Below are positions 22,836-24,786 of a DNA stretch of 24,786 bases, piece by piece (within the stretch, counting starts at the first letter, position 1; each line of letters opens with the position of its first letter). The translations under genes were made by a program, and so were the position numbers. Source of the DNA: Candidatus Micrarchaeota archaeon (GTDB lineage: Archaea; Micrarchaeota; Micrarchaeia; Anstonellales; Bilamarchaeaceae); contig JAQBFN010000018.1 in the NCBI GenBank assembly GCA_032123335.1, positions 1-24,786 on the forward strand. Direction: 5' to 3'. The notes under the pieces were generated by a model. The model was not told where the DNA came from and did not search any database. It was given only the letters and a program-made list of their open reading frames with translations.

Positions 22836-24599
22836 ATGGCACAGAAAACGAGGGACATTGGCTCCCGCCCTCCGGAAAATCCTGCAAAACTGAAGAGATG
22901 GGCATTCAAGAGGCTTGCCGCTGCCCAGGAAAGAGCTTTTACAAAGGCACTTGCTGATGATTCTATTACACAAAGGAGCCTGACTGTATCCAGGGAGATA
23001 GTAAAGCTGCTCCAGATAGAAGAGCCAACTGCTGAAGACATAAAGGTGATGCTGGCTGCAAAGGCACTGGGGCTTATGCAGTCCATGCGCGGAGAGGAAA
23101 GGAGGGCGTTCCTAACGGACTCCGGCGGAAGGATAAACGGACTTATGCAGAAGCACCAGATGGAGGCCCTTTTTGCGGAAGAAGAGCTGGATGAAACACA
23201 GAATGCCTCGGTTGATATGGCTTCCAAGATTCTTGGGTTTATGGCTCTTGCAAAAGAGCTGTTTGATGATTACCATTATCTTGCACACCTGGATTTTGTA
23301 GACAAGAAGGATACGGATTACAGAAGCCTGTATGCAGAGCCGATAGTTAAGGAGGAAATTTCCAGGTTTGTGATTATAGCCAGGCTTGTGGACATGGCAA
23401 TAGAGCCCCAGAAAAAGATTGATTACCTTGGGATAGAGGGGACATACCAGGATGACAAAAGGCTGATGGAATTTTTCAGGACCATGAACGCGGTGTATTA
23501 CCCGCTTGCGGACCTGATTGGGTTAGGGACAACAATAGCCGTGCAGATAAGGAAAAATGCAACCGATTTGCTTGAAAGCCTACTTAGTAAGAAGGATGAA
23601 GACCATGAGGATATGAAGCTGTACAGGAAATGCAAAGTTACGCATTCTGTGCTGGAGCCGGCTGCGAAAAAGATTGCAGAAGAACTGGTTGTCAATGGAA
23701 AACTTAGGAAGCTGCTGGACGATATTTCCAAGAGGCTAGACTTGGATATGGAGCTTGCTTCGCATACGTCCAATGCAGAAGAGCAATACAGGATAAAGGG
23801 GCCTTCAGGGATGTTCTGGAAGTGCAAGAGGAAGGATTGCGTAATTAATGAGCTTCAGGATTTCCTGGGCATGACAGTTGTTGTGGATGGGAACCTTGAG
23901 GATTCTAGAAAGGTTGCAGACTGGATTGTGATTGGGCTCAGGCACATGCAGATAAAGAAAGCGGATATCAAGGACAAAGAAAGGGAAACAGGGTACTGGG
24001 TTCCGCATGTGGTGTTCAAAGTCAGGAAAAACGGGTTGGATGTTCCGGTGGAAATACAGGTTCGCCCAAGGAAAACCCATCTGGAATCCAAAACCGGGAA
24101 GTATGCGCATGGGCTCAAGGTGGGCAGGAGCTTCGTTAGCAAGGACCTTGTTGAAGCGCTTAGGCCTTCATTTGAAGCAATGGAGGGAATATTTGATACT
24201 CAGAGGCTCATGAAAAAGGACCTGGATATTAAGCCAAGCAACACCCGGAAATATGGTGTACAGGTATTTGATAAAACTGCAAACCCAGGGGATGCTTCAT
24301 ATACTTTATCTGTGGATGCAAACAAAGGGGAAGTTGTGGGAGGGCTGATTGCATTGAGCACGGGGCTGGAAAAGTCTGTGGTCGTGACAACCAGGGATGG
24401 GCAAACCGAGCTTACCCTCTTTGATGAGAGCCCGGGGGACATATTCGTAACGATAAAGAGGGGAAAAGGAATGGACCAGAACACCTGCGACCTTTTGCTT
24501 AAAGGAAAGGTGGGAACCCCTGAAGCAATCGAAGCGATAACAGAATATAGAAAGACTGCTCCAAGAAAGAGTAGATGGGGCAGAAACAAAAAGAAGTAG
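22836..24599 (+). CDS. Divergent RelA/SpoT homolog (degenerate HD, synthetase, TGS/AH-like)
   Basis: YYPLADLIGL (cf. YAPLAHRLGI), RIKGPSGMFWK, QDFLGMTVVV, GYWVPH, VEIQVRP...H...G..AH, then a TGS-sized region ending GDIFVTI. Confidence 0.75.
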   Translation: MAQKTRDIGSRPPENPAKLKRWAFKRLAAAQERAFTKALADDSITQRSLTVSREIVKLLQIEEPTAEDIKVMLAAKALGLMQSMRGEERRAFLTDSGGRINGLMQKHQMEALFAEEELDETQNASVDMASKILGFMALAKELFDDYHYLAHLDFVDKKDTDYRSLYAEPIVKEEISRFVIIARLVDMAIEPQKKIDYLGIEGTYQDDKRLMEFFRTMNAVYYPLADLIGLGTTIAVQIRKNATDLLESLLSKKDEDHEDMKLYRKCKVTHSVLEPAAKKIAEELVVNGKLRKLLDDISKRLDLDMELASHTSNAEEQYRIKGPSGMFWKCKRKDCVINELQDFLGMTVVVDGNLEDSRKVADWIVIGLRHMQIKKADIKDKERETGYWVPHVVFKVRKNGLDVPVEIQVRPRKTHLESKTGKYAHGLKVGRSFVSKDLVEALRPSFEAMEGIFDTQRLMKKDLDIKPSNTRKYGVQVFDKTANPGDASYTLSVDANKGEVVGGLIALSTGLEKSVVVTTRDGQTELTLFDESPGDIFVTIKRGKGMDQNTCDLLLKGKVGTPEAIEAITEYRKTAPRKSRWGRNKKK

Positions 24600-24786
24600 C
24601 TATTTTTTGAAAACTACTGCGCTTTCCCTTACCCTGATTTTTGCTGGCTTTACATCTGCGGTTCTTTCCATCCATAGGGGGATTTCGTATTCAAATCCTA
24701 ATCTTTCCCCGATTTTTCCCAGGATTTCGTCTACTTGGATGTGCTCGCCCTGGAGGGCTGCGTTTCCTACGATTAGTGCGCCGCCT
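24600..24786 (-). CDS. 3' end of a probable DNA methyltransferase; partial
   Basis: Manual translation: GGALIVGNAALQGEHIQVDEILGKIGERLGFEYEI...RVRESAVVFKK*. Resembles the C-terminal IVGN...GF...RES pattern of amino-methyltransferases; catalytic motifs would lie outside the window. Confidence 0.5.
   Translation of the reverse strand, partial: GGALIVGNAALQGEHIQVDEILGKIGERLGFEYEIPLWMERTADVKPAKIRVRESAVVFKK

Noticed and set aside
1..24786. DGR template repeat, reverse transcriptase, CRISPR array or transposase
   Set aside because: No second copy of the VR-like segment, no YxDD RT ORF, no regularly spaced repeats and no transposase-like ORF seen.

Overview
Gene-dense archaeal chromosomal segment, most likely DPANN and probably Micrarchaeota-like. 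The taxonomy is inferred from gene content, TATA-driven leaderless genes and a tRNA-Ile(UAU). Housekeeping content: split transketolase plus rpe; the conserved GINS-L44e-S27e-aIF2alpha-Nop10-PAC2 cluster; two class III signal-peptide pilin-like genes; tandem-domain ThyX; NAD kinase; NnrD; pyrF/pyrE; GGGP synthase; an SDR epimerase; and the 3' end of a probable DNA methyltransferase. Most notable: (1) a divergent multidomain RelA/SpoT homolog (degenerate HD, synthetase, TGS/AH-like) in an archaeon; (2) a gene with a DGR-type variable region and downstream GAA hairpin but no RT or template repeat in the window, lying between the tRNA and an MNT-HEPN pair; (3) an intron-containing tRNA-Ile(UAU) with a strict BHB motif; (4) a membrane-anchored alpha-2-macroglobulin with an intact CxEQ thioester motif; (5) an unexplained, highly base-paired intergenic element of about 110-130 nt upstream of GINS; (6) a degenerate KaiC-Roadblock-TldD operon and a degenerate stand-alone LAGLIDADG gene. 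All family calls come from motif recognition by eye; no searches were run.
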